From: Mobula hypostoma | Lineage: Eukaryota | Assembly (NCBI RefSeq): GCF_963921235.1 | Contig: NC_086097.1 | Span: 100,132,001-100,196,000 of the forward strand | Reading direction: 5' to 3' | Length of the DNA stretch: 64,000 nucleotides | Notes under the pieces: model-generated | The model's database searches: none | What the model saw: the letters and a program-made list of their open reading frames with translations, nothing else | What the model was told of the DNA's origin: nothing | Translations under genes and position numbers: made by a program | Shown here: positions 41,900 to 52,984 of the stretch, one piece after another | Position numbering within the stretch: the stretch's first letter is position 1 | Layout of the letters: each line of letters opens with the position of its first letter

Positions 41900-43170
41900 A
41901 TAATTGATCATTTAGGAAAGCTGAAGATAATCAAACCAAGTCAACATAGTTTTATGAAAGGTTAAATGGAAGTATTGTCAAAGAGTTGGTAATACTTCAG
42001 GGCCAGCATGTTCTGGTAAGGGTGAAAGGCAAGAATGGTATGAATAGGGTGACAAAGGTATTGATAAGCAGATGTAAATAAGGACATGACAGCTATAGGC
42101 AATTGGCATCCATGAGGGTGTAGAAGACAATGAAGCAATTAAGAAGGTCCATGAAATATCCTTGGTAAGTAAGATTAAGGAGAATCTCAAGGCACATGGT
42201 ACTTGGATAGGAAAGGCTTAACAGCTTCAGAGGGACATGGCCAAATGTAGGCAAATGGAATAGTTTGGATAGACGACTTGGTCAGTGTGGTCAAGTTCAG
42301 CCAATGGGCTTGTTTTCATGCTGTATGGTTGCGTATATCAGAACTAATCGCACTGTCAGGAATGAGTGAGACCAAAGGGGACTGGAACATGATCCCAAAT
42401 GAATACGACTTGTCAGGGTGAAGGGCATTGAGGATAGCAAGTTCAGGGAGGGACAGACTGACAGTCTGGAGCATGTCAGCATAAAGGAAGTGCAGGTGTT
42501 AGATGGATAAATGCTGAGGGCGTCATGAAATTTATCCAGGTTATTGCAGGAAGCAAGGGAGTATTTTCCAACTTCAATAGCCGTGTTCTAACATTGTTCT
42601 TTTATTTAAAATAAAAGCAGCAGGAATAACCCAGGTAATGGTAGATCAATGATTCTTACATCAATAGTAGGGGAAAAGCTGGAGAAAATTCTAGGATAAA
42701 AGTTATGCTCATTTGGGAAGGTAGGGTTTGAGTAGGGATGAGCAGCCTGGCTTTGTGTGGGGAAAATCCTTCATTCCATTGTTCCAGGAGGTAATTAAAA
42801 AGATTGATGAATGTGGGCTTCAGAAAGGCATTTGACAAGTCCTGCATGGTAGCCTGATCCAGAAGGTAAGGATAATGAGATCCAAGGTGAACCACTGTGG
42901 TTTAGCGATGGGAAGCAGAGACTGATGGAGCAATGCCTTTCTGATTCCAGATCAGTCACCAGTGGTGTTCTGCTGGGATTGCTGCCAGAATCCTTGTACT
43001 TAGTGTGATGCAAATAAATAACTTGGATAGGAATGTTGAGGAACGATTAATGGAAAACTTGGTGGTATTCTGGCTGGTGGGGAAGGTTGTCCAACGCTGG
43101 GTTAATGAAATGTGAGGTGTTAGATATTTTGGTGAGTCAGTTAAGGCTAGGATGTATACAGTAAGCACAG
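41900..43170 (+). mobile_element. CR1 LINE ORF2 (reverse transcriptase) fragments, heavily degraded
   Basis: Remnants of SQHSFMKG, NPGN, FRKAFDK and TSGV motifs with many frameshifts; a CR1-like 3' UTR at about 42,200-42,330. Confidence 0.65.
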
Positions 43171-43554
43171 TTCAGATACGTGCTTTGAAGGTGGTGACGA
43201 GGTCCGATGAGTTGGGTGGTATTTGCTCAAGATAGCCTTTCTTGTAGCTGGGTAATTATGTAGATAGTCTCATTAAATTTTTGATCAGTAGTGATCTACA
43301 ATGTGTTAGTCATAGATTTGGCAACATCCTTTGAGTGTCATGGGTGATAGTTAGGCACAGCTGTGGGCCATGACATGTGAGGTACAAAGGTCACATGACA
43401 CTGTAGCCCTGAATCAATCACTATCTGGGCACAGCTGCTTTGTCAGGGAAACTATTGTTGTCTGAGGGCGAAGCAACACTCGTGCTCTCTTCCTGTTGAA
43501 TCAGGAGCTGGATCTTTCCCTCTCTTCTCCTGTTGCCCAGATTCTGGCAAGTGC

Positions 43555-43630
43555 CACACACAAAATGCTGGAGGAACTCACCAGGCCAGGCATTATCTTT
43601 TGAAAAAAGTACAGTTGACATTTTGGGACT
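43555..43630 (-). mobile_element. Short Penelope-like terminus fragment
   Basis: CACACACAAAATGCTGGAGGAACTCACCAGGCCAGGCA...AAAAGTACAGTTGACATTTTGGG; degenerate flanking duplication TTCTGGCAAGTG / TTTTGGCAGGTG. Confidence 0.65.
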
Positions 43631-43719
43631 TTTGGCAGGTGTGCTGGTTAACAATAAATTCAAATTTGTACGTTCAGATTTTAAAAAATGACTTCATGTG
43701 GACTCTAAAAGCTTGTTCT

Positions 43720-44205
43720 AACCTGACCGTGACTGCAATAAATTGTAAGAAAGTTGTGGACTTCCCATCACAAAAACCTGCCTCTCCTCCATCAACTCTG
43801 TCTACACCTCCTTCTGCCTCGGGAAAGCAGTTGACATAATGAAAGGCCCTTCCCAACCCAGACACTCTCCCTTCTCCCCTCTTACATCAGACAGAAAATG
43901 CAGAAGTTTAACAACATGTACCACCCTGCTCAAATTGGTTTCTATCCCATCCCACTGTTACAAGGTTCTTGAATGAATGTCCTGTAGGTCAAAGATAAAC
44001 TGATGATCTTCCAATTTACCTCTTCCTGGCCCTTGCACGTTATTTGTCTACCTACATTTCACTTTCTCTGTAACTGTAACACTGTATTCTGCATTCTGTA
44101 ATTGCTTTTCCCTTTGTGCTACCTTGATGTACGTATGTTCAAAGTGATTTGTCTTGCCAGAATGCAAAGCAGTTCTTTCTTCTTATCTTGACAATAATAA
44201 GCCAA
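43720..44205 (+). mobile_element. Rex1/Babar-like LINE 3' end fragment
   Basis: Colinear similarity to 39,265-39,722 (TTATTTGTCTACCT.CA...ACTTTCTCTGTAACTG...TCTGCATTCTG...GACAATAATAA). Confidence 0.7.
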
Positions 44206-45144
44206 TTACCATAATCGGCTGCCCAGCGACTTCAGCAGTTTGCTTTGGAACCCTGACTGCCATGGATACTGCCTGACCTGACTATTTCCCACATTTCTGT
44301 ACTTTTTAAATATCAGATTTAGAGCTTTTTTGCATGAACTTTGAATTTGCTTTGTAATATTGATGTTGCATCTTTTATGAACACCTCTGTGCTTGTGTGT
44401 GTGTGGTGTGTGTGTGTTAATGGCTTTGTAGAGAGCCAGGTGATAATTGGATGCCCCTTGTTTCCAAGGTATTGCCCTTGAACCTGATGCAGTCTGTCAG
44501 AAATGCTTGACTGACATCATGCAAAAGTTAGCGCTGTCCCTTATCTTTGGGATTTGTTGTCTATTTGTGGCTTGATATCATGGAAGACTTTTGATAAAGC
44601 AAATTCCATATTAACTTTCATTTGGTGAATACTTACAAAGTAATTATGGTGATGGTGGGGGGTTGGGGTGGGGAAAGAGAGTTTATTTAACTAGATAGCT
44701 CCTTTAGAATGGCTCCCATGCGACCCATGGAATGGCAGCAGCTTCAATCAGTAGCACCATAAACTGAAAGAGAATGATGTTTCATGTGTGTAGGTTGAGG
44801 AGTTTTGCAGAGATTGAATGATGTGTGGACTTTCAACAGGTCCAATGAAAGAGTATAATATTTTATCTCGCAAGTTTTAACAACGGGAAAATATTGATGC
44901 ATTAGTCTTGGTTCATAATCGCTCAGCCGGGGACTCTTTAGGCCTATAGTTGTGTGGCACACACGCACAGGTTCAGCACGGGCTACTAGCTGAAGAAGCT
45001 GTGACTGAGCACAAAGACAAGACTATTCAATACAGAGCAAAGTTCAACGTGGAGCCTGTTCAAGCAGTTGCTCAGAGCGAGTGCCATTCCTTTTTGAAGT
45101 GTATGCGACGGAGAACAGTTCGAAAGATTTTAAGATCTGTAAGG

Positions 45145-45430
45145 CCGCTGGAAGTGTGTTTCTGTGATCACATTGGTTTCCTCCAGGTGCTCCAGCTTTC
45201 TTGCCCTGCCACACCCCAAAGACATGTGGTTGGTAAGTCGACTGACTGGCTACGGTATGTTGCTCCAAGTGTAGGTAAGTGATCGAGTCAGGGAGGAGGA
45301 GTTGATGAGAATTTAACAATAAGTAGGACTGATATGGGATGAGTGTAAGTGGGTCGGTGGGTAATCTTCAGTGCAGATTCACTGGCCAAGTGGATCCTTT
45401 GCAAACTGTATCCTTCTGTGACTTGATGAC
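45145..45430 (+). mobile_element. Old V-SINE fragment
   Basis: GGTTTCCTCCAGGTGCTCCAGCTTTC...CACACCCCAAAGACATG V-domain-like core. Confidence 0.5.
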
Positions 45431-45499
45431 CATAACTGCTTGTTGTGCTGCATTCAGACCTTGTGTTTCGTATACAGAAGAGCAACCACTTGCCTACTT

Positions 45500-47300
45500 A
45501 CTGTATCGTTATTTGATCATTTAAACAATATTTTCCTGTTCTCTCTAGCAAAGTGGATGATCTCACATCTCCCCAAGTTCTACTTCTTTGCGCAATCAAT
45601 CCCTTTCCATCCTCCTCCCAACTTGCTGTTGGTCTTTGCATTATCAGCAAACTTGGTAACCCTTGCGTTGCTATTAATGTACCTTGCAAACTGCTGAGAC
45701 AGTGGCATCCAAGTGAATGCAGATGCTGGAATCTGGAGCAACACACAAGATGTTGGAGTCCAGATGAAGAGTTCTCAGCTGTCCATTTCCCTCCACAGAG
45801 TTCCTCCAAAATCCTTTCTGTTGCTCCAACCAATTGCAGCTTGCAGCCTGAAAATGATCCACATATCCCTTTTTTTCTCAGCTGCTTAGCCATTCCTCAA
45901 TCCATTTCCCCAACTCTGAGCTCTTTTTCGAGTAATCTGCCTTGAGAATTCACAAAATGCCTTCTGGAAATTCAAATATACTGCATATACATGTTCCTCT
46001 GCCAGCTACATCCTGGAAGCACTTCAGTAAATTTGTCAACCATGATTTTCCTTTTATGAAATCGTGGATTCTGCTGAATTATGAATTCTTGAATGTCGCT
46101 AATAGATTCCAGTGATTTTCAGTCCATTAGGACTCTTCCAAATCTGATAAATTTTCGAAGGTTGATGATGCTACCACGTGATACGTGCACATCTCGCTTA
46201 AAGTAGACACGAGTTAGACCCACATTCCTGGATCCCCGTCACTTCCTTTGAACTAATTTAACGTTTTGAAGTTACAAAACACAGTAGCATGCATCATCTC
46301 TGTGGCTAGCTTCAAGACACCAGGATACAGGCCATTGTTTTCAGAGGACTCGACCTAATACGTTCTTTCTAGTTATAGTTTTAACTTCTTCCATCCTTTT
46401 TGCTCTCATATTTCTTTTATTATTATTGGACTGCCTTTACAATATTTAGCTATAAAGACGGTTGCAAAACATTTGTTGAAAGTCTCTGCCATTTTCTAAT
46501 TTTCTTTACTCATCTCCCTGTCTCATCCTTGGAGACATTCTTCCTCATTTCTGTTCATGTAGAAATGTTTGGTTTGTTTTTGTTTATAACAAGTCTACTC
46601 TTGTACTTTATTCTTGTTATTCATTGTTGTCATTGAGAATTCCTCTGGCCCACCGGTAAATCTTCTTGACATTCTATCACTTTAGTACCATCTACCATTC
46701 CCTTAGTCACAAATGGTCTGTTCTACTTGTGGAGTACTAATTTCCCAGTGGAATATAATTTTGTTGAAAATTATATATTTTCTTAATGTCTGCCATTGTT
46801 TATTCATGATCTTCCCTTTCCGTTCTATTGTTTTTACCCACCTTAGCCAAGCATGCCATCTCTTCTTGCAATTCCCTTTATTTAAGATATTGGCTTTGGG
46901 CTCAGTTTCATATTTAAAAAAATTGAATTATATTATGTTATGATCGCTGTCACCTATAAGACTTTTACTAAGAAATCTTTAAATTCCTCTGCTTCATTAA
47001 GCTTGCCCAGCTTTTATGTGGCATGTTTCTTAGTTGCACACACAAAATGCTGGAGGAACGCAGCAGGTCAGGCAGCATCTGTGAAATTAATAGGCAGTCG
47101 ATGATTTGGGCTGAGACCCTTCTCAGTTGGTTCTACAATATATTGTTCCAAGAGGCTGATCTGAATACAAGGGAATTTTTCCTCATGCCTACTGTGTAAA
47201 TTTGTCTCGACCACAGAGAAATTGCAGTCACGTACAATTATTATGATACATTTCTTGCAAGACTCTGTTATTTCAAAGTTTATTCTCTGTCCTGGAGTGC
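45500..47300 (-). mobile_element. Degraded CR1 ORF2 region with nested insertions
   Basis: The reverse complement gives YLNFQKAF (45,950-80) and an HDFIKGKSWLTNL-like motif (46,030-66); interrupted by Penelope-like and LTR-like pieces. Confidence 0.6.
46169..46289. mobile_element. Short LTR-like insertion within CR1
   Basis: Inverted termini TGCTAC...GTAGCA interrupting CR1-like sequence; no convincing TSD. Confidence 0.3.
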
Positions 47301-47775
47301 AGCTGATGTTTGAAATCTCCCATCAATAATTTCTCTCAACACACAAAATGCCGAAGGAATTCAGCAGGTCAGGCAGCATCTGTGCAGAGTAATTATTCTC
47401 CCTTGTTCTTTATATCCACCCATACTGGGTTGACATGCTGAACAGAAAAACAAAGCAAGCTGCTGGTGGAACTTAGTGCATCTGTGGAGGGAAGTGGGCA
47501 GCTGATATTTCAGACAACAGAAAATCTGCTGATGCTGGAAATCTGAGCAACACACATAAAATGCTGGAGGAACTCAGCAGGCCAAACAGCATCTAGGAAA
47601 AGAGTACGGTCAACGTTTTGGGCCGAAACTCTTTGGCAGGACATCAAGCCCAGATGAAGGGTCTTAATCGAATACACCCCCTGTCCACTTCCTTCCATGG
47701 ATTCCGCCTAATCTATTGAGTCCCTCCAGCAGATTAGTTTTTGCTTTTGATTCCAGCATCTGTGGTGTCTTGTGT
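47037..47775. mobile_element. Cluster of Penelope-like termini (about 47,037-47,120; 47,337-47,390; 47,447-47,775 with a younger copy nested at about 47,513-47,642)
   Basis: Repeated CACACAAAATGCTGGAGGAAC.CAGCAGG.CAGGCAGCATCT motif; first copy flanked by TTCTTAGTTG / TTCTCAGTTG. Confidence 0.7.
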
Positions 47776-48031
47776 TCTCTTCTGGTTTTATATCTTGATA
47801 TTTCTGCACCTTCTGCCTATCCTTCCAAATCATCTATTGTACAGATTATATGTGTGGAAATTCCCATGATTACATCGTGCCTGATTTTAAAACTTTTGTA
47901 ATGATGCCCCTTGTTGAATTTGAAATCTGGAGTCTGTGAGTACAACCTCTTTCTCTTATAGAGATAACTTGAGATTCAGCTATAAGATTGCTGACTCCAT
48001 GTAATCTTGATTTTGTTTCTTCTCTCTAAAC

Positions 48032-48082
48032 CAGGGGTTCCTAACTTGGGGTCCACGGACCTCTCGGTTAATGGTAGGGGTC
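48032..48082 (+). mobile_element. hAT/Charlie-type MITE, 5' part
   Basis: Starts with CAGGGGTTCCTAAC after the target-like CTCTAAAC; same family as 61,966-62,045. Confidence 0.6.
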
Positions 48083-49076
48083 TCTGCTGTAAGAAATAAT
48101 GTGGACCTTGCATGAGGAAGAATAAAGGCCAGGAGATTACTTGAGGGTTTCCTCCTCTTTCTTTATACAACTACATTTTTGTCTGAATTATGGTGCAGAA
48201 TCTTGTGATTTGTTTTTCCCATGACACAAAGCCATATCAAGACATGGAAGCTAAAAATAAAATAAAATAAAAATTGAAGCAAAAATTCTGTGAGAGCAAT
48301 TTTCTGTCTCAGATTTTTAGGTAGTGGTCTCAGACCGCTGAAACTGCACAACAATTTGTTTTATTGTAGAGTTGACACTTTGTTTTTGATGGATAAAACT
48401 GCACAACAATTTGAGCATAGCTTCAAAGGCTGTAACCATTGTGATGTTCTGTTGGACTGATAATACGTTGCCCTTGTACACACTGGAGTGTTCATTCAGA
48501 TGTTATTATTTATCCTGGAATGTGGTTCGAGACCCAGCAATTTCCCAACAGTTGAACTATTACTGATTGAGAAAAGCCATCGTAAATTACATGAAAACAG
48601 CAGTTTGTCAATATTGAGGATCTCTTAGTGCTCACGTGCCAGTAAACTGGTAAGTTAAATTGGATTATTCATGTCACTGGTAGAGTGAAAGACATGGTCT
48701 TGATGCTATCCATACAGATCATTCTATCACACTGAGGTAGTACAAGGTGAAGCAATAACAGGATGAAGTGTTACAGATGCAGAGAAAGTGCACTGTAGGG
48801 TGCTGTAAGGTAGTCCATTTGACCAATGTTCAGTAGTCTAGTAATAGCAGGATGGAAGTTGTCTTTCTACTAGCGGGTACGTGCTTTCAGGCTTTTGTAT
48901 CTTCTGTCCAGTGGATGGGGGGAGAACACTGAACCCCTGATGTGAGTGGGGGCTTTGATTATTTTGGCTGCCTTACAGAGGCAGAGAGAAGCGCAGGCAG
49001 AGTCTATGGAGGAGACAACATACATCAAAGTTGCTGGTGAACGCAGCAGGCCAAGCAGCATCTATAGGAAGAGGCG

Positions 49077-49114
49077 CAGTCGACGTTTCAGGCCGAGACC
49101 CTTCGTCAGGACTA
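49077..49114 (-). ncRNA. Minimal type I hammerhead ribozyme motif (mirror copy)
   Basis: The reverse complement reads UAGUC CUGACGA AGGGUCUCGGCCU GAAA CGUC GACUG. Confidence 0.7.
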
Positions 49115-49157
49115 ACTGAAGGAAGAGTGAGTCACTCTTACTCACTCTTCCTTCAGT

Positions 49158-49195
49158 TAGTCCTGACGAAGGGTCTCTGCCTGAAACGTCGACTG
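49158..49195 (+). ncRNA. Minimal type I hammerhead ribozyme motif
   Basis: UAGUC (helix I) CUGACGA, AGG-GUCUCUG-CCU (helix II), GAAA, CG, UC | GACUG (helix I partner). Core boxes CUGANGA and GAAA, GUC cleavage triplet and palindromic ACGU at helix III. Activity untested. Confidence 0.7.
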
Positions 49196-49696
49196 CGCCT
49201 CTTCCTATAGATGCTGCTTGGCCTGCTGCGTTCACCAGCAACTTTGATGTATGTTGCTTGAATTTCCAGCATCTGCAGAATTCCTGTTGTTTGCGTCTAT
49301 GGAGGAGAGGCTGGTTTCTGTTATGTGAAATGCTCTGTGGTTTCTTGACATCTCAGACAGAGTAATTGCCGTATCAAAATGTGATGCATCCAATAGGATG
49401 CTTTCCTTGGTGTGTCTTCTTCCCTTGCCACAGTCAACTCATTTCCCGCCTTCCTTTTGGTTAGCTTGTCTCAGAGTTGATTGTCTTCCGCGCAAATATG
49501 GAGAAGTACAGGTACACTGAAAAATGAGCTTGTAGCAACATCATGGACACATGGAGACAGACAACACAGAATGTACGTTTTATATGTCATACAAGACTAT
49601 ATATAGTGTAATGATTTGTTTGATACAGTATGACTGTCAAACTCCACGTGCGTGAGAGAGTTCTCCACTGCATGAAATTCTACCGTGTTTCTGCAG

Positions 49697-49857
49697 ATTG
49701 GGGGAGCAGATCTACAAGGAAGCCATTGAACATTGCCGTAACTACAATGCCCGATTGTGTGCAGAGCGCAGTGTTCGTCTCCCGTTCCTGGACTCGCAGA
49801 CTGGTGTTGCTCAAAACAACTGCTACATCTGGATGGAGAAGAGGCACAGGGGCTCAG
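49697..49857 (+). CDS. DPF3: d4/Requiem-family BAF subunit (DPF3-like), internal coding exon equivalent to exon 2; Requiem N-terminal domain
   Basis: TTTCTGCAG acceptor, 161 bp, CAG|GTAATG donor. Encodes [53 protein letters not shown](G), the hallmark DPF1/2/3 N-terminal domain. Length and phases (2 in, 1 out) agree with the family structure as I recall it. Family certain; paralog (DPF3 vs DPF1) less so. Confidence 0.93.
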
Positions 49858-49959
49858 GTAATGCTCTTTGTTACACTGGAAGTTGGGGTGTTGTTTCTAT
49901 GCTGGAATGTGAATGCATAATGCAGCCATTCGTTCCGTTCATGATATTCATGGTGTTCA

Positions 49960-50277
49960 TGGCGCCATGGCAGTGTAGCAGTTAGCACGATGCCCTTCCA
50001 GCTTGGTGGGGGGGGGGGCGGTTCCAGAGTTAGGAGTTCAGCCCCAGCGCTGTCTGTAAGGAGTCTTTGTGTCTCCCCGTGGAGTGCGCGGATTTTCCCC
50101 GGGTACTTTGGTTTTCTCCCACAGTCCAAAGCCATGCTGGTAGGTTAATTGCTCATTGTTCATTAACTTGTCCCTTCATTAGTTTAGGGTAAATCAGACT
50201 TGTCAGGAGTTGATGGGGCAGCATGGCTCGAAGGACCGAAAGGACCTACTTCACGCGGTATTGGTAAATAAAAATAA
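49960..50277 (+). mobile_element. V-SINE in the DPF intron
   Basis: tRNA-like head GTGTAGCAGTTAGC, core CTGTAAGGAGT...CTCCCCGTG...GGTTTTCTCCCACAGTCCAAAG, CR1-like tail ending TAAATAAAAATAA. Confidence 0.75.
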
Positions 50278-50369
50278 TTTATTTCCACACAATAGGCAAC
50301 CATTTTTCTTTGGGATAGTTTGAAAAATGTGTAAGTTTTAAAAAGAATCTATTTTATAAAGCATCTGGG

Positions 50370-50615
50370 AGAGGAGCTGCCTCCCAACTTCAGAGACCCA
50401 GGTTCAGTCCCGATCTCTGATGTTGTCTGTATCACGTTCTCCCTGTGGCTGCATGGGTTTCCTCTGGGCTCTCACTTTTCTGCCACATCCCAAATAGGTG
50501 TGAATTGGTGGGGGAGCTGACCGCTGTGCAGATAGGAAGATACTGATGTGTGTGTGTGTGTGTAGGGGAATGAATACAGGGCTAATGGTTGGCAAGGACT
50601 CAGCCTGTATCTCTC
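50370..50615 (+). mobile_element. Older V-SINE in the DPF intron
   Basis: GAGACCCAGGTTCAGTCCCG (B-box-like) then CACGTTCTCCCTGTGGCTGCATGGGTTTCCTCTGGG. Confidence 0.6.
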
Positions 50616-50777
50616 TAATGTGTTTGCAAGTCTATGTCACTCTTGTGTGTCCTTTCTAGCTGGACAGTTGAGTATGAAATCTCCCAGCCTTAAAGTAAAG
50701 TCTGCATGATACTGAATAAGTTTGTAATGGTCTGCCTACAAAGCACTCCACTCTAATTCGGGGACTGTGTCTTATAG

Positions 50778-50885
50778 GCTTAGCTCCTGGCCAGTTGTAC
50801 ACTTATCCTGCTCGCTGCTGGCGTAAGAAGAGGCGTCGCCATCCTCCTGAAGACCCCAGGCTGAGACTGTGTGAGATAAAGCTCG
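50778..50885 (+). CDS. DPF3: DPF3-like coding exon equivalent to exon 3, with basic NLS-like WRKKRRR
   Basis: TCTTATAG acceptor, 108 bp, G|GTGAGT donor. Splices in frame to the previous exon across a 920-bp intron: (G)[35 protein letters not shown]. Not in the ORF track. Confidence 0.93.
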
Positions 50886-51164
50886 GTGAGTCTCTTTCAC
50901 CACAGCGTGCAAGGCTGGTGCTGGTACCTTAAAGAATTTGGAGATTATCTTTACATACTCTAAAAGTGAGCTGTGAAGTACTTCAAAGTGTAACTTGTAC
51001 TTACTGGGATGGGCTGCCCAGATAATTTTGCCAGAGGAGGAAGGGGAAGGGAGGACAGGTACATTTGTAAGTTAGTAGTTTGGTTGTAACTTTTCACCTG
51101 ATGTTAGATCTTTGAGAACTTGCAGTGGAGCTACGCTATCCCTGCCAACACAGGCAGAGCAGAT

Positions 51165-51482
51165 TCAGGGTAGAAATACCCAATACTAGAGGGCACATAA
51201 TTAAGGTGAGAAAGGGAAAAGCTCAAAGGAGACTTTCTAGGCTCCCACCACTTTAACCAGAGTTGGGGGGGGGATGCATGGATAGTAATGCTGGGATGGT
51301 AGTAGAGGCAAATGTGATAGAGACATTTGAGATGTTTTTAGATAGTTACATGAGTATACAGAGATCTGAGGGAATGGACTGGTGTATATTGAACTGACTA
51401 GCTTAGTAGGCTTTTAATAACCAGTTCACTTAGTTTGACACCATATTGCCAGCAAAGACCCTGTGCTCTACTGTTCTATGTT
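51165..51482 (+). mobile_element. CR1 3' end fragment
   Basis: ACTAGAGGGCAC (TRGH) motif, CR1-type 3' UTR and terminal CTGTTCTATGTT tail. Confidence 0.65.
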
Positions 51483-52661
51483 AACAAGATTTGAAGGTCT
51501 CCTACCTCAATGCCATATTCCTGCTGTTTCTCTTTGATGTTTTTAATGTGCAGATGTTTATAGATCCCTTTCCTGCTCTCTATGACCAAATGTCTGGGGA
51601 GGAGAATTCCAAAGATCCACCCCACTCTGAGTGGAGAAATTTCTCCTAAACGGCTTCCTTCTTGGATACTTTTGTCTGTTTTTTCCAAATTGCTGTGCTT
51701 TTCCTGATCGGAGCTCTTGGCTGTCTGCGGGATGTAATGGTCATGCACTACTAGCTCATGTGTCCAAAGTATACCTCTGGGGGCAGAGCATTACACAACA
51801 CAGCCCTTTAGCTTACCAGAACAATCCCATTGGTCCCATTCCTTGCTCCGTCCATTTCCCTGCAGCCTTACTGCTCGTCCTTTCTCGTACTTGCCCGGTT
51901 AACTGCCTTCTGATGCTTAAGAGGAGGTAGACTTGTTCAGAATCATGGAGGGCTTTTGATGGATTGAATAGAGAGAAAAAGCTTGTGCCCCTGCGTGGGG
52001 AAGTTGAAGTTGGGGGGGGGTGATGATTTGTGACCAGCTAAGGTAGAATAAAGCGATTGAATGGCAAGGTGGGAAATGTGATTGATGTGGGATGCTATGA
52101 CCTTGACAGGCTGTTATAACAAATTCCAGAGAGGGTAAAACTTATAAGGTTGTAGGGAACCTTATATTAAACAGCTGGCTGAGGACAGGCATCATCTTGG
52201 TGAAAGACACCTTTTTGTCTGCCTGAAGTTGGTTGGTTTACCAGTAACCAATTGCTGGGTAGGTCCATTGGTCATTGTAAATTGTCCCGTGATTAGGTTA
52301 GGGTTAATTGGGTTTGTGGGGGTTGCTGGGGCAGCGTGGCTCGAAGGATTGGAAGGGCCTATTTTGTGTTGTATTGCTATATTAAAAAAACAGCTATGGC
52401 TAATTGGGCCAAACTATACTGGTCCCGATGTATCCCAATTAATTGGAATCTACTCTGTGTGTGTGTGTGTGTGTGTGTTTTTCTCTCTATCCGTATCCAT
52501 ATGGGTGCACACACACACACATCATTTTGACTTGAGGTTTGCAGATGTCAAAAGTGGCAGTGTGCTTGAGAAAGAGGACGGATGCTCAAGTCTGCAGGAG
52601 GATATCAGTGGACTACCTGGGTGAGCACAATCTGACAAGTTCATTCTAGAGAAGTGTAGTA

Positions 52662-52815
52662 CAGGTCCTCCACTGCTTATGACTGTTAACAGTTCCCACA
52701 CTGCAGAAGATACTCACAGCGGTCTTTGAAACCAGACTGCCGGTCTCCTATGTGTCTACACGTCTGACCAGGCTGTGTATTAGCGAGGTGTTCATAACTT
52801 TGGAAGGAGCACCTG
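52662..52815. mobile_element. Tc1/mariner (Tigger-type) MITE nested in a CR1 fragment
   Basis: TA|CAGGTCCTCC ... GGAGCACCTG|TA: TIRs match 9/10, with TA duplication. Confidence 0.65.
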
Positions 52816-52984
52816 TACTGCACTTGGACGAAGAGGGTAAAGAGATGCATAAAAGTTGGAAGTGTAACTGAGGGGTTTTACCACAGACCTCTGAAGGTAA
52901 ATAAGACAGTTATAGAGAGAGATAAGTTGCTTTCAGAATCATGAACATAAGACCAGTGAGGTTATGCTGAGACGGTATACAGAT

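Larger units (their letters stand above)
49016..49294. mobile_element. Young palindromic Penelope-like insertion (117-bp arms, 7-bp spacer, 38-bp unpaired tail, 14-bp TSD)
   Basis: 49,016-49,132 is the reverse complement of 49,140-49,256 with one mismatch; GTCTATGGAGGAGA is duplicated at 49,002-15 and 49,295-308. Confidence 0.9.
48670..49400 (-). mobile_element. Rex1/Babar-like LINE 3' fragment hosting the palindromic insertion
   Basis: Minus-strand translation SIDSACASLCLCKAAKIIKAPTH....FSPHPLDRRYKSLKARTR; the sequence resumes after the TSD at 49,308. Confidence 0.7.

Noticed and set aside
49858..49985. C-terminal extension of ORF 49698..49985 and its TTG start
   Set aside because: Homology stops at the GT donor at 49,858 and the rest is intron read-through; the TTG is an internal Leu after the acceptor.
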